Part shown: positions 18,229-29,791 of the stretch, piece after piece
Layout of the letters: every line of letters starts with the position of its first letter
Numbering within the stretch: the first letter of the stretch is position 1
Origin: Solirubrobacterales bacterium
GTDB lineage: Bacteria > Actinomycetota > Thermoleophilia > Solirubrobacterales > JACPNS01
Length of the DNA: 64,000 nt
Assembly (NCBI GenBank): GCA_049274915.1
Contig: JBASTN010000046.1
Coordinates: 6,519-70,518 of the forward strand
Reading direction: 5' to 3'
Translations under genes and position numbers: made by a program
The notes under the pieces: generated by a model
What the model saw: the letters and a program-made list of their open reading frames with translations, nothing else
What the model was told of the DNA's origin: nothing
Databases searched by the model: none

Positions 18229-20136
18229 ATGGCTAAGACAATCGGTATCGACCTCGGCACCACGAACTCGTGTATGGCCGTCCTTGAGGGCGGCGAGCCG
18301 ACGGTCATCGAAAATGCGGAGGGCGGCCGCACAACCCCGTCCGTCGTCGCTTTCACCGCTTCCGGTGAACGACTGGTCGGCACGCTGGCCAAGCGCCAAG
18401 CAGTCACCAACCCCGAGAACACCGTGTTCTCGATCAAGCGTTTCATGGGCCGCAAAGAGGCCGAAGTAAAAGAAGAAGAGTCGATCGTTCCGTACAAGGT
18501 CGAATCCGGCCCCAACGGCGACGTGCGCGTGAACATCAATGGCGCTCAGCACACGCCGCAAGAGATCAGCGCGATGATCCTGCAGAAGCTCAAGGCCGAC
18601 GCCGAGGCGTACCTCGGCGAGACCGTCGATGGCGCGGTGATCACCGTCCCCGCTTACTTCAACGACGATCAGCGCCAAGCGACCAAGGACGCCGGCAAAG
18701 TCGCCGGCCTCGACGTCAAGCGAATCATCAACGAGCCGACCGCCGCGGCATTGGCATACGGCCTCGACAAAGAAGAGGACCAGACGATCCTCGTCTTCGA
18801 CCTCGGTGGCGGCACCTTCGACGTGTCCGTGCTTGAGATCGCCGACGGCGTCTTCGAAGTCAAGAGCACCGCGGGTGACAACCACCTCGGCGGCGACAAC
18901 TTCGACAAGGCGATCGTCGACTGGATGGTCGCGGAGTTCAAGAAGGACAACGCACTCGACCTGTCGCAGGACAAGATGGCTCTCCAACGCCTCTACGAGG
19001 CCGCTGAAAAGGCCAAGATCGAACTGAGCTCCGCCCAAGAGACTCAGATCAACCTGCCGTTCGTTACCGCCGACGCCTCCGGCCCCAAGCACCTCGACAC
19101 GCGACTGACTCGCTCGAAGCTCAACGAGCTGACGAGCGAACTGGTCGACCGCACGATCGTCCCGGTGCGCCAGGCACTCGACGACGCCGGCGACTCGAAG
19201 ATCGACCACGTAGTGCTCGTCGGCGGCATGACACGCATGCCCGCCGTGCGCGAGAAGGTCAAGGAGTTGACCGGCAAAGACCCGCATCAAGGCGTCAACC
19301 CTGACGAGGTCGTCGCCGTCGGCGCCGCGATCCAGGCCGGTGTGCTCGGCGGCGAGGTCAAGGACGTGCTGCTGCTCGACGTGACCCCACTGACGCTGGG
19401 CATCGAGACCAAGGGCGGCGTGATGACCAAGCTGATCGAGCGCAACACAACGATCCCGACACGCAAGAGCGAGGTCTTCTCGACTGCCGACGACAACCAG
19501 CCGTCGGTCGAGATCCACGTGGTCCAGGGTGAGCGCGAGATGGCTTCGCACAACAAGTCGCTGGGCAAGTTCCAGCTGACCGGTATCCCGCCGGCCCCGC
19601 GTGGCATCCCGCAGATCGAGGTCGGGTTCGACATCGACGCCAACGGAATCCTCAACGTCACGGCCAAGGACCTCGGCACGGGTGCCGAGCAGAAGATCGA
19701 GATCAAGGCCGGCGGCGGGCTGAGCGACGACGACATCGAGAAGATGGTTGCCGACGCGGCCGCACACGCCGACGAGGACGCAGCCGCACGAGATCTCGCC
19801 GAGGCTCGCAACAACGGTGAGAACGCCGCCTACCAAGTCGAAAAGCAGCTCAAGGAGCTCGACGACAAGATCGACGAGGACACCAAGTCGAAGCTCGGAG
19901 AAGAAGTCAAGGAGCTGCGCGACGCCCTCACGGCGACCGACCCGGCGGAGATTAACTCCAAGACCGAGAGCCTGATGACGACGATGAATGCTGCTGCCGA
20001 GCAGATCTACGCAGCAGCCGCAGAGTCGGCTCGGGCCGAACAGACGGCATCCGAGAACGGCGCGTCAGCATCGGGTGACGAAGCTGAGTCAGAAGAGGAA
20101 GTCGTCGACGCCGAGGTCGTCGACGAAGGCAAGTAG
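18229..20136 (+). CDS. dnaK: Molecular chaperone DnaK (Hsp70)
   Basis: [24 protein letters not shown] and [10 protein letters not shown] signatures are present. Confidence 0.98.
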   Translation: MAKTIGIDLGTTNSCMAVLEGGEPTVIENAEGGRTTPSVVAFTASGERLVGTLAKRQAVTNPENTVFSIKRFMGRKEAEVKEEESIVPYKVESGPNGDVRVNINGAQHTPQEISAMILQKLKADAEAYLGETVDGAVITVPAYFNDDQRQATKDAGKVAGLDVKRIINEPTAAALAYGLDKEEDQTILVFDLGGGTFDVSVLEIADGVFEVKSTAGDNHLGGDNFDKAIVDWMVAEFKKDNALDLSQDKMALQRLYEAAEKAKIELSSAQETQINLPFVTADASGPKHLDTRLTRSKLNELTSELVDRTIVPVRQALDDAGDSKIDHVVLVGGMTRMPAVREKVKELTGKDPHQGVNPDEVVAVGAAIQAGVLGGEVKDVLLLDVTPLTLGIETKGGVMTKLIERNTTIPTRKSEVFSTADDNQPSVEIHVVQGEREMASHNKSLGKFQLTGIPPAPRGIPQIEVGFDIDANGILNVTAKDLGTGAEQKIEIKAGGGLSDDDIEKMVADAAAHADEDAAARDLAEARNNGENAAYQVEKQLKELDDKIDEDTKSKLGEEVKELRDALTATDPAEINSKTESLMTTMNAAAEQIYAAAAESARAEQTASENGASASGDEAESEEEVVDAEVVDEGK

Positions 20137-20184
20137 CCGGAAATTGGCTACGAGAATGCCTGGACATTCAGCGATAGGTGAAGC

Positions 20185-20877
20185 ATGACGACCTCGATCA
20201 ATGACATAATCAGCGATGGAACCGACGGCCGTGGGGAGGCCTCTGCAGGAAGCAGAACTTCTTTTGGCCGCGCCAACTCCGACCCGGCGGAAGCCGAGAC
20301 CGATTCCGGGTCGACCAGCGGATTGCCCCCGTCCTCTTCGGAGGGCGGGGGTTCCGCTACACCCGCGGCAACGAGCCCCGAGGCGAACGAGGCCGGCGGC
20401 GAAGGCGGCGACGAACCTCAGCTCGACGAGACCGAACTACTGCGTCAAGAACGCGATAAGTATCTCGACCTCGCCCGCCGCTCTCAGGCGGACTTCGAGA
20501 ATCTCAAGAAGCGATCCGCGCGCGAACTGGGCGAAGCGCGTTCGAAGGCGATCGCCAACTTCGTCCGCGAGTTACTGCCGGTTGTCGACAACGTCGACCG
20601 CGCGCTCGAAGCCGCCCGCGCCGGCGGGGCGACCGACGCCGACGCGCTGCTGCAAGGCGTCGCGCTGGTCCACGCAGAGCTGCACGGCTTTCTCGACCGC
20701 CTCGGGCTGACGCCGATCGACTCGGTCGGTGACGTCTTCGACCCGAACATTCACGAGGCACTCGCCTCGGTCCCGGCCGACGGTGCTGAACCCGGCACCG
20801 TCACCGAGGTTCATCAACGCGGATTTATGCTCGGCGACGCTGTCGTGCGCCCGGCGCGTGTGGTGGTGGCTGCCTAA
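20185..20877 (+). CDS. grpE: Nucleotide exchange factor GrpE
   Basis: RSQADFENLKKRSARE, LLPVVDNVDRAL and FDPNIHEAL motifs. The position after dnaK also fits. Confidence 0.93.
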   Translation: MTTSINDIISDGTDGRGEASAGSRTSFGRANSDPAEAETDSGSTSGLPPSSSEGGGSATPAATSPEANEAGGEGGDEPQLDETELLRQERDKYLDLARRSQADFENLKKRSARELGEARSKAIANFVRELLPVVDNVDRALEAARAGGATDADALLQGVALVHAELHGFLDRLGLTPIDSVGDVFDPNIHEALASVPADGAEPGTVTEVHQRGFMLGDAVVRPARVVVAA

Positions 20878-20898
20878 CGGCGGCGGGAGCAACAGCGG

Positions 20899-22008
20899 AT
20901 GGCGCAGAGTGATCCATACAAAGTCTTAGGCGTAGCCAAGAATGCTTCGCAGACCGAGATCAAGAAGGCATACCGCAAGCTTGCTCGCGAGTGGCACCCC
21001 GACCAGAATCCCGGTAACGAAGGCGCCGAGGAGAAGTTCAAGGGCATCCAAGAGGCCTACGACACGATCGGTGATCCCGACAAGCGCAAGGAGTACGACC
21101 GCGGCGGGGCTGGGATCTTCGGCGGCGGTGGAGCCAGTCCGTTTGGTGGAGGCAATCCATTTGGTCAAGGCGGTGCGCGCTTCGACGCCTCTGGGCTCGG
21201 CGACATGCTCGGTGGAATGTTCGGTGGTGGCCGCGGTCGCCCACGCGCCGAACGCGGTCGCGATCTCGAGGCCACGGTCTCGATCGGATTCGACCAGTCG
21301 ATCAACGGCACCGAGGTTTCGGTCACAGTGCCCCGTGCCGAGGACTGCCCGACCTGTCGAGGCAGCGGTGCTGCGCCGGGGTCTAGCCCCAAGCCCTGCG
21401 CGCGCTGTGAAGGCCGCGGCGTTGAGACGATCGGCCAGGGAATGTTCTCGATGTCGCAACCGTGCAGCGTTTGCGGCGGAAAGGGCATGATCGTCGAGAA
21501 GCCGTGCCCGACCTGCAGCGGCAACGGCAAGGTTCAGAAGCTGCGCAAGTACCGCGTGAAGATTCCTGCCGGAGTGCGTGAGGGTGCGCGAATTCGCGTC
21601 CCCGGCAAGGGCGAAGCCGGCGGCAACGGCGGACCCAACGGCGACCTCTTCGTAGTCGTTCACGTCGCATCGTCACCGGTCTTCAAGCGCAAGGGCGACA
21701 ATCTCGAAGTGACGGTCCCTGTGACCGTCGTCGAGGCGATCCGCGGCGCCACGATCGAAGTGCCGACGCTCGACTCCAGCAAGCAGATCAAGATTCCTTC
21801 CGGCACCAAGCACGGCACGATCACGCGTCTAAAGGGTGAGGGGCCGCCGCGAGCGAAGGGCTCGGGCCGCGGCGACATCCACTACCGAATCGAGATCCAG
21901 ATCCCCGACAAGCTGACCAAGGAACAACGCGAGGCGATCGACGATCTCGCCAGCGTGCTCAACGGTAACCCTCGCGAGGAACTGCTCGCAAGAGCGGCCG
22001 GGGCGTAG
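20899..22008 (+). CDS. dnaJ: Molecular chaperone DnaJ
   Basis: J domain (DPYKVLGV...HPDQNPG), a G/F-rich linker and 4x CxxCxGxG zinc-finger repeats. Confidence 0.97.
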   Translation: MAQSDPYKVLGVAKNASQTEIKKAYRKLAREWHPDQNPGNEGAEEKFKGIQEAYDTIGDPDKRKEYDRGGAGIFGGGGASPFGGGNPFGQGGARFDASGLGDMLGGMFGGGRGRPRAERGRDLEATVSIGFDQSINGTEVSVTVPRAEDCPTCRGSGAAPGSSPKPCARCEGRGVETIGQGMFSMSQPCSVCGGKGMIVEKPCPTCSGNGKVQKLRKYRVKIPAGVREGARIRVPGKGEAGGNGGPNGDLFVVVHVASSPVFKRKGDNLEVTVPVTVVEAIRGATIEVPTLDSSKQIKIPSGTKHGTITRLKGEGPPRAKGSGRGDIHYRIEIQIPDKLTKEQREAIDDLASVLNGNPREELLARAAGA

Positions 22009-22497
22009 ATGAATTCTCGACAGAGCAGAGCAGAAGGTCTCTACATGATCTCGGTCGCGGCGACGCTGGCTGGCGTCCATCCGCAGACGCTACGGATCTA
22101 TGAGCAGCGGCGGCTGATTGAACCGGCCCGCACACCAAAGGGCACGCGGCTCTACAGCGATGCAGACGTTCGCACGCTGCGCCGCATCCAGGAGCTGACC
22201 GAGGAAGGCATGAACCTCGCCGGAGTCGAACGGGTTTTTCGCCTCGAAGCTCAACTGGCGCGAGCGCAACGTCGGATCGCTGCGCTTGAACGGACCGTGC
22301 AGCAGACCCGCGACGAAGCACTTGCTGAGATCGAACGTGTGCGTCGCGAGCACCGTGCCGAGATCGTCCCCTACATACCGCCGCGCACCGGACTCGTCCG
22401 CCAACACTTTCGTACCAGCGCCGCGTCGGGACCGACCAGGATTCCCGTGACGCGACCAGACGACGACGCACCCACGACGCCCGAACAGGAGGCTTAA
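22009..22497 (+). CDS. hspR: MerR-family heat-shock repressor HspR
   Basis: YMISVAATLAGVHPQTLRIYEQRRLIEPARTPKGTRLYSDADVRTLRRIQELT is a MerR HTH. The position after dnaJ matches the actinobacterial dnaK operon. The start could also be the ATG at codon 13. Confidence 0.85.
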   Translation: MNSRQSRAEGLYMISVAATLAGVHPQTLRIYEQRRLIEPARTPKGTRLYSDADVRTLRRIQELTEEGMNLAGVERVFRLEAQLARAQRRIAALERTVQQTRDEALAEIERVRREHRAEIVPYIPPRTGLVRQHFRTSAASGPTRIPVTRPDDDAPTTPEQEA

Positions 22498-22500
22498 CCA

Positions 22501-25158
22501 ATGCGACCAGACCGCTTCACGATCAAGAGCCAGGAGGCCATCGAGGCCGCACAAAAGCTCGCCGAGGTGCGCCGCAATCCTCAGGCTCTGACCGCACACC
22601 TGCTCGTAGCGATCCTCGACCAGGAAGGAGGCATCGTCGCCCCAGTCCTAAGCAAGCTCGGCGCGGATCTCGCAGCCGTGCGCGAGCGCGCGCTGCGCGA
22701 TGTCGACGACGCACCGACATTCGAAGGAGACGGCAATCAGCCCACCCCGGCCGACGAACTCGTCAACGTCCTGCGCAAGGCCGAAGAGGAGGCACGGGAT
22801 CTCTCCGACGAGTACATCAGCGTCGAGCATCTGCTGTTGGCGTTGACCGCAGTGCCCGGCCAGAGCGCTCGCGAAGCGCTGCTCAGCTTCGGCGTCGATC
22901 ACGGTGCTGCGCTCGCAGCCCTCAAGGAGGTCCGCGGATCGCACCGCGTCACCGACCAGAATCCCGAAGAGAAGTATCAAGCACTCGAGAAGTACGGTCG
23001 CGATCTGACCGAGGCCGCCGAAGCCGGCAAGCTCGACCCCGTGATCGGCCGCGATGACGAGATCCGTCGGGTCATCCAGGTTCTGTCACGACGCACGAAG
23101 AACAACCCGGTGTTGATCGGCGAACCAGGTGTCGGTAAAACCGCGATCGTCGAAGGTCTGGCACAGCGAATCGTCTCGGGCGACGTGCCCGAATCGCTGC
23201 GTGACCGCCGCGTGATCGCGCTCGACATCGGAGCCCTGATCGCCGGCGCGAAGTACCGCGGCGAGTTCGAAGATCGCCTGAAGGCCGTCTTGAAGGAAGT
23301 TCAAGAGGCCGAGGGCAACGTAATTCTTTTCCTCGATGAGCTGCACACGATCGTTGGTGCCGGCGCGGCCGAGGGTGCCGTCGATGCCGCCAACCTGCTC
23401 AAGCCGATGCTCGCCCGTGGCGAGCTGCGCTGCGTCGGCGCCACCACGCTTGACGAGTACCGCATGCACATCGAGAAAGATGCTGCGCTTGAGCGCCGCT
23501 TCCAGCCGGTGTTCGTCGGCGAGCCGAGCGTCGAAGACACGATCGCGATCCTGCGCGGACTGAAAGAGAAGTACGAGATTCATCACGGCGTGCGAATTCA
23601 GGACGCCGCGATCATCGCCGCCGCGACACTCTCACACCGCTACATCGCCGACCGCTTCCTGCCAGATAAGGCAATCGATCTGATCGACGAAGCGACTTCA
23701 AAGCTGCGCATCGAGATCGACTCGCTACCGACCGAGATCGATGAGATCGAACGACGGATTCAGCAACTGATGATCGAGCAGCAGGCGCTCAAGAAGGAGA
23801 CGGACGAAGCTTCTGGTCGCCGTCTTGAGGCCCTCACCGCCGAGTTGGCCGAACTTCAAGAGCAGTCGAACGAGATGAAGGCGCACTGGCAGGGAGAGAA
23901 AGACGCGATCGCCGCGATCCGTGAAACCAAAGAGGCGATCGAGCAGGCCCATCAGGAGATTGAGCGCGCAGAGCGCGATGCGAACCTCGAGCGCGCCGCT
24001 GAACTTCGCTACGGCACGCTGCCCGAGCTAGAAGCAGACCTGGCCGACCGCGAAAAGGCCGTCGCCGAACTACAGGGCGGCACACGCTTCTTAAAGGAAG
24101 AGGTCGACGAAGAGGACATCGCCGAGGTCGTCGGAAAGTGGACCGGCATCCCGGTCAGCCGACTTGTCGAGGGCGAGGTCGAGAAGCTGCTGCAGATGGA
24201 GGCACGCCTGCACGACCGCGTGATCGGCCAAGACGAGGCCATCAGTGCGGTCGCCAACGCGCTGCGTCGATCGCGGGCCGGACTTCAAGACCCCAACCGC
24301 CCAATCGGCAGCTTCCTCTTCCTGGGTCCCACCGGAGTCGGTAAGACCGAGTTGGCGCGTGCGCTGGCCGAGTTCATGTTCGACAGCGAGCAGGCGATGA
24401 TCCGGCTCGATATGTCCGAGTACATGGAGAAGCACACAGTCGCCCGACTGGTTGGTGCTCCTCCGGGATACGTCGGATACGAGGAGGGCGGTCAACTAAC
24501 CGAAGCCGTGCGGCGGCGCCCCTACAGCGTCGTGCTGCTCGACGAGATCGAGAAGGCTCACCCCGACGTGTTCAACGTGTTGCTGCAAGTGATGGACGAT
24601 GGCCGCCTGACCGACGGACAGGGCCGCACCGTCGACTTCCGCAACACGGTCCTGATCATGACCAGCAACGTCGGAAGTCAGTACATGGTCGACACCGAGG
24701 CGCAGGCCGAGGCCGCGGGCAAGTCGGTCGAGGAGGCCGATCAGAAGGTCCGCGAGCTTGTTGAAGGTGTTTTACGAGAGACATTCAAGCCGGAGTTCCT
24801 CAACCGCATCGACGACACCGTGCTGTTTAAGCGACTGACCAAGACGCAGATCGCCGCGATCGTCGAGATCCAGGTCGAGCAACTGGTCGGACGCGTACGT
24901 GAGCACGGGATTGGCGTCGAACTGACCGATCAGGCAAAGTCACTGCTCGCCGAGCTGGGTTACGACCCAACCTACGGGGCGCGCCCACTCAAGCGTGTGA
25001 TCCAGAAGCGGCTAGTAGACAAGCTGGCGCTGGAGATGCTCGAAGGTCGATTCACCGACGGAGACACTGTCCGCGTCGAGGCAAGCGACGGCGAGTTGGT
25101 CTTGACCAAAGCGGGGGCAACCGGCGAAATCCACGACTTGACGCACAGCGTTTCCTAG
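22501..25158 (+). CDS. clpB: ATP-dependent chaperone ClpB
   Basis: 885 aa. It has two AAA+ modules ([18 protein letters not shown]), a long coiled-coil middle domain and a Clp N domain. Confidence 0.97.
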   Translation: MRPDRFTIKSQEAIEAAQKLAEVRRNPQALTAHLLVAILDQEGGIVAPVLSKLGADLAAVRERALRDVDDAPTFEGDGNQPTPADELVNVLRKAEEEARDLSDEYISVEHLLLALTAVPGQSAREALLSFGVDHGAALAALKEVRGSHRVTDQNPEEKYQALEKYGRDLTEAAEAGKLDPVIGRDDEIRRVIQVLSRRTKNNPVLIGEPGVGKTAIVEGLAQRIVSGDVPESLRDRRVIALDIGALIAGAKYRGEFEDRLKAVLKEVQEAEGNVILFLDELHTIVGAGAAEGAVDAANLLKPMLARGELRCVGATTLDEYRMHIEKDAALERRFQPVFVGEPSVEDTIAILRGLKEKYEIHHGVRIQDAAIIAAATLSHRYIADRFLPDKAIDLIDEATSKLRIEIDSLPTEIDEIERRIQQLMIEQQALKKETDEASGRRLEALTAELAELQEQSNEMKAHWQGEKDAIAAIRETKEAIEQAHQEIERAERDANLERAAELRYGTLPELEADLADREKAVAELQGGTRFLKEEVDEEDIAEVVGKWTGIPVSRLVEGEVEKLLQMEARLHDRVIGQDEAISAVANALRRSRAGLQDPNRPIGSFLFLGPTGVGKTELARALAEFMFDSEQAMIRLDMSEYMEKHTVARLVGAPPGYVGYEEGGQLTEAVRRRPYSVVLLDEIEKAHPDVFNVLLQVMDDGRLTDGQGRTVDFRNTVLIMTSNVGSQYMVDTEAQAEAAGKSVEEADQKVRELVEGVLRETFKPEFLNRIDDTVLFKRLTKTQIAAIVEIQVEQLVGRVREHGIGVELTDQAKSLLAELGYDPTYGARPLKRVIQKRLVDKLALEMLEGRFTDGDTVRVEASDGELVLTKAGATGEIHDLTHSVS

Positions 25159-25167
25159 GCCCGCGAC

Positions 25168-26256
25168 TTAGTAACGCAGAACCGCGACGACTCCTCCGTG
25201 TTCGCCCGCGATCGCGTCAGCGTGCCCACGGTCGAGTGCGGTGACTTCGGCGCCGGTCGCGACGGCTTGACGAACGAGGTCGTTGAGCTGACCGTCGAGG
25301 TCGCCCCGACAGTCGTAGAGCAAATGTGCGACGCGCGCTTCCGCGAGCGCCTGGCGAACGTTATGCACGCCCGCCGTGCCGTGTCCTTCGCTTGCCATCA
25401 CCGCGGTAAGTGCGCGGTCGACTAAGTCCGCGCAACGACGCTCGGCGAGCTCATCTAAGTGCGTGGTCGCGATCTCAGCGATCTCGCTCGGATCATGGCG
25501 GATCAAGACGCGCGAATCGATTAGCTGCGGAGTGTCGGTCGAGAGGTGCTTGACGAACGCCCGATACGACGGCTCACTGCCGATCACGAACACCGAGTGC
25601 CATCCCTTCTCGATCTGCATCGACCGTACCTTCTCGCCAATCTCGGCCAAGTAGTGCGCGCGTTGCTCATCGAGCCGCTCCTCGTACTGGTCGCGGCCGG
25701 AGGACGAAGCGCTCGTGCCGTGCGACGCGTCGACGGCCGGAAACTTGCGTTCACGCCACCAGTCGGGCAGTTCGATCTCGGTGGTCTCGAGCGGCTTGGC
25801 CATTCCGTGATGCCACTCGTAGATCTGAATGAAGTCGGTCGAGAGTGTGACGATGCCGGCAGTCACCGGCTTTCCGATCAGCTCAAGAACCGGTGCGATG
25901 AGCGGCGACTCGTCGTGCTTGACGGCGGTCTCTATCGATGGACCGTCAAACCCGATCCACTCCTCGCGCCCGCCATCGCGGGCGACCTCGACGAACCCGA
26001 TGGCGAAGCGATCAAGGCCGTTGCGCGACGAACCCTTCGGCGGGAAGTGCGCCGCGATCCGGTCGACGGTCGCGCGAAACGCAACCTCGTCATGACCGTT
26101 ACGCGCAGCCTCAAGCCCATCTTTCAACTCGATCCGCCACGCCTCGTCACGGTCGGCGGGGTTGGTGTCGACGAAAACGGAGATCACGCCGAGCGGTGGC
26201 TTCCAGTCGATCAGCTCACGAACGGAGTCGCTGTCGGGAAAACGCATCTGACCCAT
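25168..26256 (-). CDS. eRF1-like (baeRF / Vms1-ANKZF1-like release-factor fold) protein
   Basis: ~363 aa. The N-terminus LGVISVFVDTNPAD...WRIELKDGL and the C-terminus GTAGVHNVRQALAEARVAHLL...AVATGAEVTAL...GGVVAVLRY resemble, from memory, the Rv2629-type bacterial eRF1-like family. The track ORF starts at TTG 26301; the first ATG is at 26256. Confidence 0.5.
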   Translation of the reverse strand: MGQMRFPDSDSVRELIDWKPPLGVISVFVDTNPADRDEAWRIELKDGLEAARNGHDEVAFRATVDRIAAHFPPKGSSRNGLDRFAIGFVEVARDGGREEWIGFDGPSIETAVKHDESPLIAPVLELIGKPVTAGIVTLSTDFIQIYEWHHGMAKPLETTEIELPDWWRERKFPAVDASHGTSASSSGRDQYEERLDEQRAHYLAEIGEKVRSMQIEKGWHSVFVIGSEPSYRAFVKHLSTDTPQLIDSRVLIRHDPSEIAEIATTHLDELAERRCADLVDRALTAVMASEGHGTAGVHNVRQALAEARVAHLLYDCRGDLDGQLNDLVRQAVATGAEVTALDRGHADAIAGEHGGVVAVLRY

Positions 26257-26346
26257 TGTGCCGATTACACGACTGGCGTGCGGCACCGCCGCAGTCGGCA
26301 ACCGAGGGCGGGGTGATCTGTCCGCCCCCGGGCCGACATCCTGCTT

Positions 26347-27915
26347 CTACAACGACGGGAAGGTCTGCGAAAACTTCGCGGCCGGCAGACGTGAGTTGCC
26401 CTTGAAACTCGACCGGACGTAGACCGACGCGGCCGAGACGCTGTTGCTGATTCCGTTGACGCGCAGGCTGGCGACGCACTTGGTGCCGCTGACGCGCAAC
26501 TTGGCGCGGATGCCCTTGCGCTTGGTCACGCCATCCTGGGTAACGCTGACGGTGGAGATAGTCGACCCGATGCAACGATCGGCGATGTCGCCGGGAACCG
26601 GCGGCACGACCATAAACAGCGCGACGAAGTTTGAGCGTCCGCCGCTCTTCTCGACCTTGACCTTGGTGTAGCTGGGTCCGGCGAAACGCGCGAGCGAACT
26701 CGGCTGGTTGGCATTGTCACGCGTGCCGTTGCCGAGCTGACCTTTGTCGTTGCGGCCCCAGCAGCGCAGCGTCTTGTCGACGAGTACGGCGCAGGTGTGG
26801 TACGCCCCCGTAGTGATCGAATCGACTGCGGCAGGTAGGCCAACGACGCTAACCGGGCGGGTGCTGCCGACGGCCGTGCCGTTGCCGAGCTGACCGTAGG
26901 AGTTTGCGCCCCAGCAGCGGACAGTGCCGTTGACCAGCAGCGCGCATGTGTGTGCTTGGCCAGTGGCGATCTCTTTGGCGCGACCGCCGAGGCTTTCGGT
27001 CGTCTCGGTTCCCTTGGTCGGCGTGACGCTTCCGTCGCCGAGCTGACCGTAGGAGTTTGCGCCCCAGCAGACAACGTTGTCGTTTGTGCGAATCGCGCAT
27101 GAGTGGTCGTAGCCCGAGGCGATCTGTGTGATGTCGTTGGCCATGTCAGGCACGCTGATCGACACGTTCGACGTGGGCGTCGCCGCGACTGCGGTGCCGA
27201 GCTGGCCCTGATTGTTGGCTCCCCAACAGCGCACGTTGCCGTTGGTCAGCAGCGCGCACGAGTGGTTGTTGCCGCTGACAACCTGCACAGCGGGATTTCC
27301 GAACCCGGCGACGACGACTGGTGTCGACGAGTCCGCATTGGTTGCGTTGCCCAGTTGGCCGGAACTGTTTTGGCCCTGGCACTTGACGGTGCGGTCGAGA
27401 TCGAGGAAACACATGTGGCGTTGGCCGACAGCGACGCTGCCCGGTGCTGCCCAGTTACCCGCGAGTGCCGCAGAGACCTGCTTGTTGGGCACGTTGTCAC
27501 CCTTGTTTTTCGCCCCCAGGGCGCCGTTCTCGTTGTTTCCCCAGCAGCGAACCGAACCGAAGTGCACGATCGCGCACGCCGAGTCGTAGCCGGTCGAAAC
27601 AACTTTCGGCACTCCGTTGAGCGCATTGACCGGAATCGGATTGAGCGCGTAACTGAGGTCGTTCTGGCCGATTCCGAGCTGCTTACGCACGTTCGAGCCC
27701 CAGCAGTAGACCTTGTCGCCGTTGGAATCGGCGCCGGTGGCGAAGATCGCACAGGTGTTAGCGGCTCCGGCGGAAAGTCGAGGGGTCGCGACCTGCGCAC
27801 TCGCCACAGCTGCAATCGCAGACAAACCAAGTAGCGCCGAGGCCAGGGCAAGAAGAAGGAGTCGCCCGCGCTGTTTGCGCAGGCGAGTGCGGATCGGTGA
27901 GTGACTTGTGGACAT
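26347..27915 (-). CDS. Secreted RCC1-repeat (7-bladed beta-propeller) protein with C-terminal extra domain
   Basis: Signal peptide (RLLLLALASALLGLSAIAAVASA), then seven C[WQ]GxNxxGQLG-type repeats. Confidence 0.85.
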   Translation of the reverse strand: MSTSHSPIRTRLRKQRGRLLLLALASALLGLSAIAAVASAQVATPRLSAGAANTCAIFATGADSNGDKVYCWGSNVRKQLGIGQNDLSYALNPIPVNALNGVPKVVSTGYDSACAIVHFGSVRCWGNNENGALGAKNKGDNVPNKQVSAALAGNWAAPGSVAVGQRHMCFLDLDRTVKCQGQNSSGQLGNATNADSSTPVVVAGFGNPAVQVVSGNNHSCALLTNGNVRCWGANNQGQLGTAVAATPTSNVSISVPDMANDITQIASGYDHSCAIRTNDNVVCWGANSYGQLGDGSVTPTKGTETTESLGGRAKEIATGQAHTCALLVNGTVRCWGANSYGQLGNGTAVGSTRPVSVVGLPAAVDSITTGAYHTCAVLVDKTLRCWGRNDKGQLGNGTRDNANQPSSLARFAGPSYTKVKVEKSGGRSNFVALFMVVPPVPGDIADRCIGSTISTVSVTQDGVTKRKGIRAKLRVSGTKCVASLRVNGISNSVSAASVYVRSSFKGNSRLPAAKFSQTFPSL

Positions 27916-28127
27916 GGGGGAATGCCTTTCCTGTCTATCGCGGGCTGGATGCCGTGGTTGTGCTTACCGATGGCTTTAACAACCCGATACCCAAAAGGTC
28001 GCGGTTGTAGCCGCGGCCGATCGCTATGCAACCTGCCTGCCGGGGAGCCTTCACCGATGGATCCGCGAGCGCGATACTTTTGCCTAACCACTTTTGTCCG
28101 ACAGCGAAATCGAATCGGAGGACCGCG

Positions 28128-28409
28128 ATGCCGACTTACATCATGTTCAGCAAGCTCACCACGGAGGGTGTGCGCACAATCAAGGAGAACCCTCAGCGGA
28201 TCCTCGAAGTCAATGAGGAGGTCAAGGCCCTAGGCATCGAGGTTCTCCACCAGTACGCGTCACTCGGACCACACCATTTCATCACGATCGTCGAAGCTCC
28301 CAACGAGCAGGCAATCGCACACGCGGCGATCGAACTCGGCTCACGCGGTACGGCAAGCTACGAGATCGTCCCGGCGATCACCGTCGACAAACTGATCGAA
28401 TCCTTCTAG
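28128..28409 (+). CDS. GYD domain protein
   Basis: MPTYIMFSKLTTEGVRTIKENPQRILEVNEEVKALG...YASLGPHHFITIVEAPNEQ matches the family pattern. ATG 28128 is preceded by GGAGGA. The upstream extension in the track lacks support. Confidence 0.75.
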   Translation: MPTYIMFSKLTTEGVRTIKENPQRILEVNEEVKALGIEVLHQYASLGPHHFITIVEAPNEQAIAHAAIELGSRGTASYEIVPAITVDKLIESF

Positions 28410-28446
28410 CCCGATCGACTGTTCGAGGGTCTGAAGGCACGCGTAG

Positions 28447-29715
28447 ATGAAGGTCCTGGTCGTCGGTTCCGGAGGACGCGAGCACGCGATCGTGCGCGCT
28501 CTGCGCCGGACATGGGACGGCGGGGGCGAGATCGAGGTTCTCTGCGCCCCGGGCAACCCGGGCATCGAACGCGACGCAATCTGCTTCGCCGACGTCTCCG
28601 ACGGCGATGTTGAAGCAATCGTCGCACTGGCCAAGGACCAGGCCGTCGACTTGGTGGCTGTCGGACCGGAAGTCCCGCTTGTCGCCGGACTCGTCGACGC
28701 CTGTGCCGCCGAAGGCATAACCGCGTTCGGACCTTCGGCTGCGGCCGCCGAGCTCGAGGGCTCGAAAATCTTCAGCAAGGAGATCATGAAGGCCGCGCGC
28801 GTGCCCACCGCCGCGCACTCTGTGCTGCGCTCGAAGGAAGAGGCGCTCGCTCAGGCAGCGTGCGCGTCATATCCGGCTGTTTTCAAAAGCGATGGCCTGG
28901 CTGCGGGCAAAGGCGTGATCATCTGTCCCGACGAGAAGGCCGCGCGTGCGGCGATTGAGGAGTACTTCGTCGAGCAGCGTTTCGGCGAGACCGACGTGAT
29001 CCTCGAAGAGTTCCTCGACGGCAAAGAGGTGTCGCTGATCGCGCTCTGCGACGGCGAACGCGCCTACTCGCTCACCCCGGCGCGCGACTACAAGCGGATC
29101 TTCGACAACGACGAAGGCCCCAACACCGGCGGCATGGGCGCGTTTTCGCCGGTGCCGGAGGTGCCACCCCAAGACATCGCCGCGATCTCGGCGCAGGTAC
29201 ACCAGCCGATCGTCGACGAGATGAAACGACGTGGCACGCCCTTTCACGGGGTGCTCTACGCCGGCCTGATGCTTACCGAGCGCGGAATCAAGGTGCTCGA
29301 GTACAACACACGTTTCGGCGATCCAGAGACGCAGGCGATGCTGCCCCGGCTGGAGAGCAACCTCGCCGACCTAATGGTTGCCGCCAGTAAACCTGGTGGT
29401 TTGTCGGGCACCGAACTCAAACGCAGCGAGCGTGCCTCGGTGACGATCACGCTCGCATCGGCCGGGTATCCGGAGAGCTCGAGCAAGGGCGACGTGATCA
29501 GCGGTCTCGACGACGTCCCCGACGGTGTCGAAGTAACCCACGCGGGCACGACGCGTAATCCGGAAGGACAGATCGTCACCAACGGAGGTCGAGTACTCAA
29601 CGTCACCGCGCTCGGACCGAGCGTCGCCGACGCGCGCGCGGCAGCCTACGCCGCAGCAGAGCTGATCAGTTTTCCTGGCCGGCAGTCGCGCAGCGACATC
29701 GCCGCTGGCATCTAG
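28447..29715 (+). CDS. purD: Phosphoribosylamine-glycine ligase
   Basis: [15 protein letters not shown] and an ATP-grasp core, with [12 protein letters not shown] and RFGDPETQ. Confidence 0.96.
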   Translation: MKVLVVGSGGREHAIVRALRRTWDGGGEIEVLCAPGNPGIERDAICFADVSDGDVEAIVALAKDQAVDLVAVGPEVPLVAGLVDACAAEGITAFGPSAAAAELEGSKIFSKEIMKAARVPTAAHSVLRSKEEALAQAACASYPAVFKSDGLAAGKGVIICPDEKAARAAIEEYFVEQRFGETDVILEEFLDGKEVSLIALCDGERAYSLTPARDYKRIFDNDEGPNTGGMGAFSPVPEVPPQDIAAISAQVHQPIVDEMKRRGTPFHGVLYAGLMLTERGIKVLEYNTRFGDPETQAMLPRLESNLADLMVAASKPGGLSGTELKRSERASVTITLASAGYPESSSKGDVISGLDDVPDGVEVTHAGTTRNPEGQIVTNGGRVLNVTALGPSVADARAAAYAAAELISFPGRQSRSDIAAGI

Positions 29716-29791
29716 CCCCAAGCACCTAAGTCCAAACCCGCGCGTCCCTGCAGGAACGAATCCCCGTCGGGCCGAACTACCGTGGATAGCG

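Noticed and set aside
18097-19836. Long antisense ORFs opposite well-conserved genes. Examples: 579 aa opposite dnaK, 315 aa opposite purQ (37472-38419), 300 aa opposite ino1 (12500-13402), 301 aa opposite purH (45803-46708), 306 aa opposite the MerR gene (47196-48116), 295 aa opposite ask (7265-8152), 268 aa opposite purF (40887-41693), and 239 aa opposite purB (31014-31733).
   Set aside because: This is a typical high-GC artefact. The products are low-complexity Arg/Asp/Val/Gly-rich, the sense-strand genes are unambiguous, and no independent motif or RBS was seen.
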